Under the pieces are notes generated by a model. The model saw only the letters and a program-made list of their open reading frames with translations. It was not told where the DNA came from and did not search any database. The position numbers and the translations under genes were made by a program. This document shows, one piece after another, positions 26,419-37,664 of a DNA stretch of 64,000 nucleotides. Each line of letters starts with the position of its first letter. The stretch's first letter is position 1. Source of the stretch: Trichoplax sp. H2 (lineage: Eukaryota); contig NOWV01000011.1 of assembly GCA_003344405.1 (NCBI GenBank), forward strand, positions 1 through 64,000, given 5' to 3'.

Positions 26419-28182
26419 TTATTCTTGACTGTCCAAGTGTATATCTTCATTGATTGAATTTTCTTCGATGGATTTTTCTTCGGCAGACGATTTTTCTTCT
26501 GCGGACGATTTATCTTCTGCGGACGATTTATCTTCGGCGGACGATTTATCTTCGGCTGGCAAGTTATCTTCGATTAACTCCTCTTCTTCAATTATAACGC
26601 TGGTAACATTGATAGCTTGCAAACTGATCAATTTAGCATATTTTTTCTTCGCTTTTTCACCGTAATGCTTCTCGCTAATGCTATAGGTTCCCATAGAGAT
26701 GTTGACGGCCTCACGATAGAATTTGATGGCGTGATTAACGTCCATCATGACACCATATCCATTCTCGTACATAATACCCAAATGGTATAACTGGCACACA
26801 GTTTTTACGTCATGAATTTTGGATAAATAGAAGTAATTGGCTTGTGATTTAACAAAGTAGCGTCTCGCCTTTTCAGGATCATACAGATTAGCATATTGAG
26901 GATTGTTGTAAATTTTACCCAAGCGATAAGATGAATAAATAGCACCATCTAAAATTTCCGATTCTGATGCAGTCTGATATAATTGTAAAGCAACGCTGAT
27001 ATCGGCCATTGTGACTTTACTTTTTTCGACTAGTTTTGCCAGGCGACAAAGCGACGGAGAAAATTTCATCTTTGCCGCACTAGCATAACAGTGACATGCC
27101 ACGTTATAATCAACTTGTACTCCAAGGCCTTTTTCATACATGTAGCCCAAACAAAAAAGAGCCTTGGGTTTGCCATTACCGTCTTCATAATCGACTGATG
27201 ATGCTGCTTGCTCTAAATACTGATTGGCCAAAGTAAAGTCTTGTTCGATCTCGCCTTTACCTAAAATGTACATCTTACCTAGACAATATAAGGTGGATGC
27301 AAAAGCATATCTTGCTGATGACAGATATAACTGATGTGCTCTTTCGATGGCCTCATCCTTACCCACTTCATCACTATCATAAAAATTACGGGCTAGAATC
27401 AGTTCGGCTCTTGGATGTTGTTGTTTTGCTGCTTTCTCAAAGTATTCTTTTACCCGTTCACTATCTTTCTCGACACCAAAACCATGGTAATACATTAAGT
27501 AGCCAATATTCCAATAACCGGCAGGGTTGCCTAATTTTGCAGCTTTCTCAAAGTAGCTTTTGGCATCTTGAGATACAGTCGATTCACCTTTGATATTCAA
27601 TCTAAGCATAACATAACCTAATTCGTTGTAGGCTTTAGCCAATTCTAAATCTTCTTCGTCGTGATTTTTTTTACTTGCTTGAGCCACTTGCTTAAGATAG
27701 CGATTTTTCAATTTAATTAATTCCTCTTGCCATGCCTGAGATGCTTTAAACGTTTCTCGTAAGTCAATGTGTGCCTTGGAATAAAATGCATCTTGAGCAG
27801 CCGATGCTACATATGCCTTGACTTTCATGGCTACCAAATCCTTTTCTTTGAGGAATTTGACATGGGATGAATTTTTCTCTTCACTACCGTACAATTGGCA
27901 TATATAATACATAGCAGTTGGATGATCAGCCTCTGCAGCTAACTGATAATATTGAAAAGCTTTTTCTAAGTCGACCTGTGTATTGCCAGTACCGTGATGA
28001 TAGATGTATCCCAATTGAAAATTAGAATGCGGGTCATTACTTTCTTGCGATTGTTGTAAACAACGATGCATGGTGTTGCTAACCATTCGCTGTTGCAATT
28101 GCGGCATTACAAATTGATCTAAAATACTAAAATCATCGATGAACGGTTCCTTAACATCGTACTTGCTGGTATAACCCCCCAT
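26419..28182 (-). CDS. Sel1-like repeat protein, paralog 2, intronless CDS, 587 aa
   Basis: Collinear with paralog 1 (QLGYIYHHGTG..DLEKAFQYYQLAA; YNELGY; GNPAGYWNIG; LGYMYEKGLGV). Starts MGGYTSK. Probable 5'UTR intron 28185-28339 (GTAAGC donor, (CT)n/poly-T tract, AG 2 nt before ATG). Confidence 0.9.
   Translation of the reverse strand: MGGYTSKYDVKEPFIDDFSILDQFVMPQLQQRMVSNTMHRCLQQSQESNDPHSNFQLGYIYHHGTGNTQVDLEKAFQYYQLAAEADHPTAMYYICQLYGSEEKNSSHVKFLKEKDLVAMKVKAYVASAAQDAFYSKAHIDLRETFKASQAWQEELIKLKNRYLKQVAQASKKNHDEEDLELAKAYNELGYVMLRLNIKGESTVSQDAKSYFEKAAKLGNPAGYWNIGYLMYYHGFGVEKDSERVKEYFEKAAKQQHPRAELILARNFYDSDEVGKDEAIERAHQLYLSSARYAFASTLYCLGKMYILGKGEIEQDFTLANQYLEQAASSVDYEDGNGKPKALFCLGYMYEKGLGVQVDYNVACHCYASAAKMKFSPSLCRLAKLVEKSKVTMADISVALQLYQTASESEILDGAIYSSYRLGKIYNNPQYANLYDPEKARRYFVKSQANYFYLSKIHDVKTVCQLYHLGIMYENGYGVMMDVNHAIKFYREAVNISMGTYSISEKHYGEKAKKKYAKLISLQAINVTSVIIEEEELIEDNLPAEDKSSAEDKSSAEDKSSAEEKSSAEEKSIEENSINEDIHLDSQE
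26471..26556 (-). repeat. Coding 18-bp tandem repeat, about 5 copies, encoding (AE[D/E]KSS)n
   Basis: GCGGACGATTTATCTTCT-type units on the + strand; protein PAEDKSSAEDKSSAEDKSSAEEKSSAEEKS. Confidence 0.9.
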
Positions 28183-29171
28183 TGCTTAAGATTTCCAAGG
28201 AGAGAGAGAGAGAGAAAAAAAAAATCAACGTATCAAAATTAGATTATTCTACGGCTGTCAAGCAGTCGAAAGAGTTGATAGTAATAAGATATTCATTTTT
28301 TATCACGTTATAATTACATTGATTATGATGATCGCTTACCGTCTCAATTACGCTAAACCTTTACGATCAAAAAAAAAAGAAGTGGCTTTGTTTTCTCTCA
28401 AGATTGAAAGAAATGGTTGAAGATCGTTGTTATTCTGCCAATAAATAGATATTGATGTATTATGCGTATGGCACAGACTCATTTTGTAGCATCATAGTAC
28501 AGTTCAAATATACCCAAAATGATGTTGGAAATTGTTATTTTGAAAAACTGAGAAAGGGTAAACAGTCCATAACAAAATTACTCGTTCTAGCTAGAGGACT
28601 GTTGAAGCGCTAATTCGCTCCCTGTACAGTACAGTACAAGATTTGTCTTGTACGCCTCAAAACGAGTAAATGTTGCATGCCATACAAGCATTTCAATACA
28701 TAATTTACCTACTCACCTTTCAATAACGTTGCAATGAGGCAGAATTACAATTTCAGCAACGTTTAAGTTAGGCTTATTGACTGTACGCGTTAAGATAATC
28801 TAAACTAACTAATAACGATGACAATCGACGCCCAAATCCAACGACTGTAGTCGATTTTGCCAAGTTGCAATTGATTTTATATATACAGTAGTGGAAAGCG
28901 CTGGATGGGCAACGACACGCTGGATGCTAACTTACTTTTATACTTTACTCTAGTACGACGACTCATTCACAAGACTGTCCAGAACTACCCAATCAGCCAG
29001 CATTGGATGAGATTTTCACTGGTTGGAGACTTGCTGCAAGGCTTTACTAATCAGACTACTACTAAAGTATTCCATGCTAGTGTACTCTTTTTAGGCACAC
29101 TGGTTTAAAGGGGGGGGGGTAGCTTTCCTTATTGTTCTCACCACACTCGTTGTTGTCGCATGGGACTATAG

Positions 29172-29270
29172 TAGTACAGTACAGTACTGTACAGTAGACC
29201 TTGTACAGTACAGTGTACAGTACAGTACAGTACTGTAGATGTCCTAGTCGAAGTACTGTACACTGTACAG
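29172..29270. repeat. Mixed-orientation TACAG/TACTG cluster
   Basis: tagtacagtacagtactgtacagta...tgtacagtacagtgtacagtacagtacagtactgta...tactgtacactgtacag. Confidence 0.85.
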
Positions 29271-32200
29271 TCTGAGAATTATTTTCCATGACACCACTTC
29301 GTTCAAAAATCAACATTGTATTCCGTTAAAATTCTTGTAGGATAATATTGATATACACCCATGGAAGGATATCTCCACAACATCCAATTGATCTAGTTTG
29401 GGCTTGATTGAACGTCTACAATTCTCGATCTTTTCAGCGGTGGCATCCAAATCAAACTGTACAGTACTAGACCGTTGACCATGGTACGCGCTACACTTTC
29501 AGTACAGGACTCACTTCTACGATCCCTACTGTACGTCAAGTTTGACTGTACTGCATACTGAGGGATACGAGTTCATACTTTCTGTACTATTGCCGATTTT
29601 GCACATCTTTCTCTATTATAGATTGCCAGATTGACAAGTTCAAAGCGGTCTGAGCAATTTTTTTTTTTTAGCCACTTTGTCATTGTTTATCTTTATAATA
29701 AACAATATATTGTATTATTATTACTGTATTTAGAAGGGGAGTTTATTTGTACAGTCCTTGTACTGCAGTAGGAGACTTCTAAATGGGTTGAAGACCAGAC
29801 CAGGCCAAAGATCGATACATCTGCTCCATGTGCGGTCACGATAATCCACCACTGTCATACAGTGAAAAGGATTTTGACAGAACGAGCCGCAATATGGCCC
29901 TTTCTACTCTACCTTACTATAAAAAGTCACTCTAATTATTGATTCATTTTATTTTATGGTAATCAGCAACTCACAAGACAAAATCCCGGTCTACGTGCAG
30001 TCGTGGACAGTAAAAATAAATAACATGCAGTAATCCGCTTGTTACTGGTTATTACGGCACTACGTTTCCGAAATTATAGAGTTAAAGAACGTATTGTTGC
30101 TCACACTGTTGCAGTGGTACAGTATACTGATTGTCAGCCTTTTAGAAGGGTAGTTTTTAGGCGTTATAGTAGCAGTACTACATTCTTACTCGATCTTTCG
30201 ACAGGTTAACGTAGTAATTTGTACATGCAACTCAAAGTAAGTACTTTACGACGTAAAATTGTCAGCAAGTAGTCCGTAACACCACTGATTAACAGGGGTA
30301 GAGAGGTTTCGGCCAAGTAAACGAAAAATTCATGTTTCAAGTCAAGTGATAAGCCGACTTTGCTTAAATTGAATCTTTTTAATCAGATTTTAATGTACTG
30401 TACAGCAGAATCAATGGACAGTATCAGTAGTATGGAAAGTTAAAACTTTGAAGTACTGCTCAAACTGGATAGTATCCTATCAGAGATTGATAGAAGTCCA
30501 TGACATTGCAGTATTGTTAATTGTGAATACGTACGCGTAGACGGTATACAATATGCGCCAGACAGTTTTGGTCTTTTAACATTTTAAAAGTTATTACACG
30601 TGTATAGAGTGCAGTACAGTGATCCAAGCGCCATGAAAAAGAAAAATATAAAAGGAAAATCAACGATCCCATAAATTTGCCAAATTTTCTCAAAGGAGAA
30701 AAATATACTTTGATTCTCTAACAAATATCATACCGTGCGGGTGCATACTGTATATATCGCAGTAAAGTACGAAAGCAAATACAGTAATAATAACAATTTA
30801 TATACAGTAATATAAATACAGTACACCCCCTATTTTACTGACGTAAACAGATCGCTCAAATCCTTAATAAGCAACTTAGCAGGTTTCGTAAACTGCCAAC
30901 TACAAACGCCAAAAATCCTTCTTGAACTTTCAATGATACACAAAAGTGTTTTTACGATCTTTGAACAAGTTACATACTGCACTGTATGAAAGTGACGGCG
31001 ATTACTTTACATCATAAGCGATTAATGCCGCCCCCCCCTCCGCAAAAAAAAAAAATGGATAAAAACACTGCAGTTCTGTATTTAGCAGGACTAAATGAAC
31101 ACCTATGCCTCAATCAATCAACTCAAAAGTTGGAGACTCATGTTGATGCTTTCGAGCTCTACAACGATTAAAAGCCATTTGGAAACACTGTAGTTATATG
31201 GAATTACTAGGAAGGACTATTAATCGCTATGTATTGATAACATTTAGTTTAAACGACAATATACGTATTTAATGAAATCGTCTGCAAGCCAGTGTACTTA
31301 TTCTCCTATTATACAATAGTTACTATAGCACTGTAAAATTTGCAGGTCGATTAGTTGTTAAGATAACTTAGAAATACATCAATTTCGAAGAGAACTACAC
31401 TATGACCCTGGATTTCATTGTCAACTCAAAAATTATATAGTGTAAAGAAATAAATATATACATACAGTAAATATCACCATGGTTCATAAAGTGAGGTGAC
31501 AGTCTATGAGACCTGATGTAGTACTCAACAGTAAGATAGGAAGACCTTCAAATTTAAGTGCTTAGTCAATTAGACATGGTAGCAAATTATTAAGCTTTCA
31601 GAAATTATCCTTTATGAACATTGAAGCATACCTAGCATGCGCTATGCATTAGTGATGATGATATGCATTTACTTCAATAAATCTGTTACTATAGCAGTCA
31701 AAGCTTGTATTCGCGTTTGGTACAGTTAGCATACCACAATAGCGTTAGTCTCAATTAAAGTTTTAAATTCAAGGTAAGCTTTAGTAGAAATCATTACTTA
31801 ATGGCGTAGTAAATTTTTTTTGATTTACTAAAACGATTGATTGCTTCCCTCATAAAGGGCTAAATGTAACAGCTATATAGCAAACCCTTGCTACTCAACC
31901 GTTACATCCTATACATAGAGTAAAAAATGGCGGGGCTGTCAATAAAGTAGATTGTATACTCGTAAGTAACCTTTAAATTCCTTTATCTCACACTTCTTTT
32001 ATAGACCTTGAAGAAATTGAAGGGTTAACTTGACACAACTATGTCAGCGCCTACACCACTTCCATTGAAAGACAATACTGTACTGTAGTAACCGGGTTAG
32101 TATAGATCAGCAATGCATTACAAAGATAGACCTCGTTTGGCAATAAACAAGTTGGAAAGTCATTAAATGAAATTTTATACGAAATCTTAGATAAACAAAA

Positions 32201-33920
32201 ACAACATTCCATACATATAAGACAATGTAATATATATTCCATAGAATCTATTATAGATCAATCGATTATCAAGTATAATATACGTATATGCATATATGGG
32301 ATATATATTTATATGCATATACTGTACTTCGCATATATAAAAAAGATAGATAAGGCATAAATACAATCAATACATATCGAGGACACAATACCGTATACCA
32401 GAACGTAGAATATGTATTAGCACTGAAACATATACAGCATAATGATAGATAGCTAATCAACGGAATTTTAATACGAATTTTATGAATGACTCCACAATAT
32501 ATCATACTGGTCGATATATTGAGAAACTAAAAATGTAGCTGTAGGAGTACCTGATCAATAAGCTAAAATGTAGAGGCTATAGCAGCCAAAATAAAACCAT
32601 GCTACAGACTATAAGAATTACATACAGTTTACCTTTATAAAGTAAAATTAAAGTAATAATATGCATAGATTATAAAGAATGCATTTATCCCCTCGCAGTC
32701 TTTAGACTGTAATTATAAGCCATATAAACCCAAATAAATCAGTCGTCTACTACTACTACTACTAAGCAATATACTACCAACATCAGAATACAAGTACTAT
32801 CCCAATTTGCAACAGTGATCCAATCAGAATAATATGTTCATTAGACAAAAAATATATTTATCCAAAATGAATATAGTTCGAAAGGATTATTAATTTTCAT
32901 CATTGCAACGAAAAATTTTTCTCTTATATATGAATATATATGACAACGAAGTATATACGCTGAAGTGCTATCTTATATAGGATGGGTGATAATGAATTAA
33001 AGCTAGCAATAATGCGATAAGATAGTAGAACGAAGATCACCCTGATCCGACATTGCTATCGTAGCAGCTCCAATCTTTATAAATACCGACAGGAATAGCA
33101 GTAGTAATTTTACTATCAAAGCATATGCGCGTAATACAGTATTGAGAAGCAGGCAGCTCGCTTATTTGCACTTTTATAGTACTGTAAGTCATTCGAGTAT
33201 AAACGAGTGCTATAGCTAAAAATAGCTAAATACGGGGAAGATAATGATGCCGTTAATAAATTCCTGATCTAAAATTTCACAGCTTAGTAGTGTAAACATT
33301 ACCTATAGAATTATAACCATCAATTTCACCTTGTATGGTATCAATGAACGATAATGAGATTAGCTACCGGTAACCACATAATTGAAACGTCTTGTATCTG
33401 CCGTGTAGTGTACCGCAAGGAACAGAAGCAGTTTCGAGACGTTATGAGACAAAACGTAAATAATTTCATTAATCGTACACATGATCACAGTACAGTCAAT
33501 AAAACGCAGATATTAATTATTCCAAGATGATTTAAAAAAATGGGTTAAGGTGTTTTAATTGTAGATGCATATCAAGTCGATATTTACGCTATAAAATAGT
33601 CGCATGCTAAAGCAAAGACTACTATAATAGGATTTTAGTAGTCTTGGCTGAAGGCACCGGTAACAATTTAAAATGCGACTGTACCGTACTGTATAAACGA
33701 TAATGATGAATATAATTAAAAAAAAGTGCCCAAAATTAGCCTTGGCATGATTATTTATTAATCCAATCTCAAGACTAGCATAACTCGTAATTAAAATAAG
33801 AACTATCTCAGTTGCTTTACCTACTTTTCGCTATTTGTTACATCTTGTTGTATGTTTTGTAGTGTTTAGGAGTACCTTTAGCATGATGAATAATGTCCCT
33901 TGTCAACATGACGCAAGCTG

Positions 33921-35594
33921 TTACTGTTGCTCATCATCCGATGCATTGGTAATTTCTGCTTGTTCCAAATTTTCCTTGATATGGTGTTCTATATTTTCTT
34001 CTTCATTCGCTTCCTCAGCATCGGCTGTCCCTCGAAATGCTAATCTATCAAAACATTTCTGTGCCTTACCGCCATTATACCTCTCAAACATATTGTAACT
34101 CTGTTTCGATAATTCAGCGGCTTTTTGGTAGTACTTTATTGCCAATTCTCTATTTGGAGAAACACCTAATCCCTTTTCGTACATTACCCCACTTCGATAC
34201 AATTGACCAACTACCGCCGTATCTTGAATTTTGACAGCATATAACTGATTGGCTTGAGCGGCGCGAAGATAGCTGGTCGCTTTAGCTCGATCGTAAAAGC
34301 CACTGTCTGGGATACCATAAATTTTACCAAGTCGATAAAGAGCATAACAAACAGCAAAATCATCATCAGAATCTACAGCTGCTTGATATAACTCGACGGC
34401 AGTATAAAGGTCGGAAGTTTTCAACTTTCTCTTTTCTACTAATTTGGCAAGCCTGCAATAAGCTACATAGTATTCCTTTTTAGCCGATAAAGCGTAGTGA
34501 TGCGCTGCTTTATTGTAGTCACACTCGACACCATGGCCTTTCTCGTACATATAGCCTAGAACGTAGTTGGACCATGCGTTTCCTCTGCCGGTAGTAAAAT
34601 CAGTAGCAACAGCAGCTCGTTCAAAATAATCACGAGCTTTCTCATAATCTTGCTTGACACCTCCCCTTCCATACAAGAAAAATTCTCCTATGAAATACAA
34701 AATCTCAGCAAAGCCATACTGTGAAGCTGAGAGGAACAAGTCGAGAGCATTTTCCAATTCATCGTTACGACTTTCAAGATAGGAAAAGTGATAATTATTG
34801 GCGACGATATACAATGCTCGAGGATGGCCATCATGAGCAGCTTTCTTGTAATATTCCAATTTTTTGGATTCATCTTTATCGACACCGAAACCATTGTAAT
34901 AGAGCCATCCACCGATATTGAAGTAACCAGCTGGATTGCCAAGTTCAGCAGCACGCTTGAAAAAATCAAAGGCTTTTCTAAATACTGCTTGATCCTCATT
35001 AGCGTTCAAGCGTACGGCTAAGTAGCCTAATTCGTTATAAATACGAGCTAATTCTTCTTTGGATGATTGATTGGAATTTTTGACGATATTCCGATAACTA
35101 CTGAATATCTCCTTAATTTCACGCCTCCAAACGGGAGAATAAACGTAGTGATAACCTAATTCTTCGTGAGCCATGGAATAATAGGGATCTTGGGCTGCAG
35201 ATCGAATATAATAACGTGCCTTCATGTTAATTAACTTCTTTTCGTTCATGAGCTTGACACAATCCTGGCTATTTTTACGTTTATCACTACCGAACAATTT
35301 ACAAATCATATACATGGCTGTAGGATGTTCTTGTTCAATTGCTTTCTCGTAATATTGATACGCCTTTTCTAAATCTTTGTTGCATTTGTAGCCTAAGCCG
35401 TGATGGTAAAAATTACCCAGTTGGTAATTGGCGTGGGCATCGTTGTTTTCTTCCGCTTGTTGCATGTAGTCCAGGGTTGCATTATCATACATTTCGAATA
35501 ATAATTGATTGGATACAAATTGATCCAGCAAGTAGGAAGTATCATGAGATGAGTCGTTTACTTTATATCGGCCTTTGGAAGAGGTAGCGCCCAT
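33921..35594 (-). CDS. Sel1-like repeat protein, paralog 3, intronless CDS, 557 aa from the ATG
   Basis: The track ORF starts at a GTG (35621). The first ATG (35594) gives MGATSSKGRY, which aligns with the starts of paralogs 1 and 2. Same SLR units (QLGNFYHHGLG..DLEKAYQYYEKA; YNELGY; GNPAGYFNIG; LGYMYEKGHGV) and an acidic tail. Confidence 0.9.
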   Translation of the reverse strand: MGATSSKGRYKVNDSSHDTSYLLDQFVSNQLLFEMYDNATLDYMQQAEENNDAHANYQLGNFYHHGLGYKCNKDLEKAYQYYEKAIEQEHPTAMYMICKLFGSDKRKNSQDCVKLMNEKKLINMKARYYIRSAAQDPYYSMAHEELGYHYVYSPVWRREIKEIFSSYRNIVKNSNQSSKEELARIYNELGYLAVRLNANEDQAVFRKAFDFFKRAAELGNPAGYFNIGGWLYYNGFGVDKDESKKLEYYKKAAHDGHPRALYIVANNYHFSYLESRNDELENALDLFLSASQYGFAEILYFIGEFFLYGRGGVKQDYEKARDYFERAAVATDFTTGRGNAWSNYVLGYMYEKGHGVECDYNKAAHHYALSAKKEYYVAYCRLAKLVEKRKLKTSDLYTAVELYQAAVDSDDDFAVCYALYRLGKIYGIPDSGFYDRAKATSYLRAAQANQLYAVKIQDTAVVGQLYRSGVMYEKGLGVSPNRELAIKYYQKAAELSKQSYNMFERYNGGKAQKCFDRLAFRGTADAEEANEEENIEHHIKENLEQAEITNASDDEQQ

Positions 35595-36427
35595 TTTGAC
35601 TTTTTCTCTCTCTTGGTCCACTTGATTGTTTCTTGACAGTACCCCCTAGTACCTCAGTAGAATAAAAACTACTACGATAGAGTAATCGATGCAAGTATTA
35701 ACTACGATAGTAGCGAGGCGAATTTTAAATAGCCTTTTCTATCTCCTATCAAGTAAGTGTAGTCCACGGTGGTACGCGTAAAACGATGGCTTGTAACGAT
35801 CAGGGACTACTCCAGAATCGACAAAAGACAGCACAGGGAGTAAAACTCGATCTACTGTCTATTATTAGACTGTACAGTATAATTAATAAATTTCTTCTTG
35901 GCTTTATCTACGTGTAATAGTAACGCTATCTAGTATTGCTCTGCTAGATAATGAGAATAGTACTAGATAATGAGAATAGAGCGATAGGCGAGAACGCTGT
36001 GTGTATGAATAAGTCAGTCCAATGATGTAATCTGTATCTGACTAGGCCACCCCCCTCCCCATACAATACATACTGATCGATGAATAACATGAAGCATTGG
36101 ACACCAGTGATAAGAGAGTACTGTACACTGTACACTGTACTGTACACTCTTTTTTATCCCGCAATGAATGCTGTGGCAAATGCATGCCTATTCTATTGTT
36201 CTATTCCTAGCAATGCACCAGTAGCAACCCTTGGATTGATATTAAAACAGGAGTAGGACCACATAATCCACTCAATCAGTCCACATGAATTACCAATACA
36301 ATTCTTATATGATTATTCTTATAAATTGATTTATTTTATTTGTTATTCATTATTCATTATAATAATTAATCATTATTATCCACGACAGTAACAAATATCA
36401 CGAACTTAGTTTTGTCCAGTCCCCATG

Positions 36428-37171
36428 CAGTCAATCAACATGGACGCCCATCGTAGTGGGTACAGCGTTTAGGCTAGGTTTTACGCGTTCAGTACGATCG
36501 GGCAAATGAAAGCCGCTAGTGGCCCCACACTACGCGTATCGTATACCTTTAATCCGTGACATAATTTTAATATGTTGCCGAATATCTTCATGCTGTACAT
36601 TGCTTTATTTCTGCGTGAGTGAGTTATTCCACGAGCGTCGAGTGGCCCAACACTACGCGTTATCGTACTACTGTACAGTATATATTTAATCCATGGCAAT
36701 TTGACTGTGTTGCCCAACATCTTCATGTTGTACTGTACATTGCTTATTTCTTAGCGAGTGAGTTATTCCACGAGCCTCTAGTGGCCCAACACGACGCGTA
36801 TCATAGGATCATACTATACATTTAATCGGTGACACTATTTGACTGTGTAGCCCAACATCTTCATGCTGTACATTGCTTACTGTATTTTTTAGTGAGTGAG
36901 TTATTCCACGAGCCTTTATTATAGTCCAGACAAACATCTCTCCGTAAAGAAGTCAAAAAATAAAAAGCACTACAGACTTGTTGAGAAGCCTCTGAAAACA
37001 GCCACGTTAAAAAAATAAAATGGTAGGCTATGATTTCGTAGAAAAGTTCTCAAGCATGGAACTTCCTGTCGAGTGGATACAAACTGTGTAGCAATCGTTT
37101 TATCCTTTTATGCTAGACCAGCCGACCATGACCCACACTTGTGTCCACTAGAGGCTAAACGTTTATGACTG
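36428..37171. mobile_element. Candidate degenerate non-autonomous DNA transposon with CAGTC...GACTG termini
   Basis: Left end CAGTCAATCAACATGGACGCCCATCGTAGTGGGTACA resembles the reverse complement of the right end, CAGTCATAAACGTTTAGCCTCTAGTGGACACA. Right flank is TA; left flank is TG. Internal repeats contain AGCCTCTAGTGG, related to the terminus. Confidence 0.35.
36516..36915. repeat. Three-copy tandem repeat, unit about 123-139 bp
   Basis: Units begin AGTGGCCC at 36518, 36641 and 36780 and end GAGTGAGTTATTCCACGAGC. Much of the length difference comes from TA-anchored insertions. Confidence 0.9.
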
Positions 37172-37389
37172 TACAGAACATATATAGTATACACCACAGA
37201 TACTCATTCATCTCTATAAATAGACAGTACAAGTAGACTGAGTGGATGATGTCGGAAAACTACGTATCATTCTCATTGAGAACTGGCCAACAATGTGGAC
37301 TTCATTAAATGGCCAAATCAGAATCATCCAATTGAATTAATTATATTAAATTAGTATTGGGAATGCATCGTATGGATACCTACTGAACA

Positions 37390-37664
37390 CGAAACCGGAT
37401 AATTTACCGCAGACAATTAACGCATTAAATCAATTTTACGCTGTATAGGATTGAACGCTGTGTGTACTGTAAAATATTCAATCCAACCTCGTAATATCAA
37501 AACAGATACTTTACTGCATTCGATTCATTTCACGGTGGATAGGATTGAACGCTGCAAAGTATTCAACTCATCCTCATAATATCAAATCTACATTGATATT
37601 GTTTCCATCCTGTACTACTACATTGTACGGCGGTAAATTGACCGCGTCAAATTGTCCGAGACCC
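37390..37664. mobile_element. Candidate Mutator-like MITE, 275 bp, with 9-bp target-site duplication
   Basis: Flanking direct repeat TACTGAACA at 37381-37389 and 37665-37673. Imperfect TIRs: CGGATAATTTACCGCAGACAATT versus the reverse complement CGGACAATTTGACGCGGTCAATT. Internal direct repeat starting ATAGGATTGAACGCTG at 37445 and 37539. Confidence 0.55.

Noticed and set aside
17284-35587. Short antisense or alternative-frame ORFs overlapping the SLR CDSs
   Set aside because: Shadow ORFs of real coding sequence with no recognisable motifs.
16894-35621. Bacterial contamination or symbiont insert as the source of the SLR genes
   Set aside because: The genes are separated by 6-8 kb of host-like non-coding DNA with the same TACTGTA signature, show no operon structure and have candidate spliceosomal 5'UTR introns. 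Ancient transfer remains open.
35595-35621. N-terminal extension MDQEREKVK of SLR-3
   Set aside because: It begins at GTG; paralog alignment supports the ATG at 35594.
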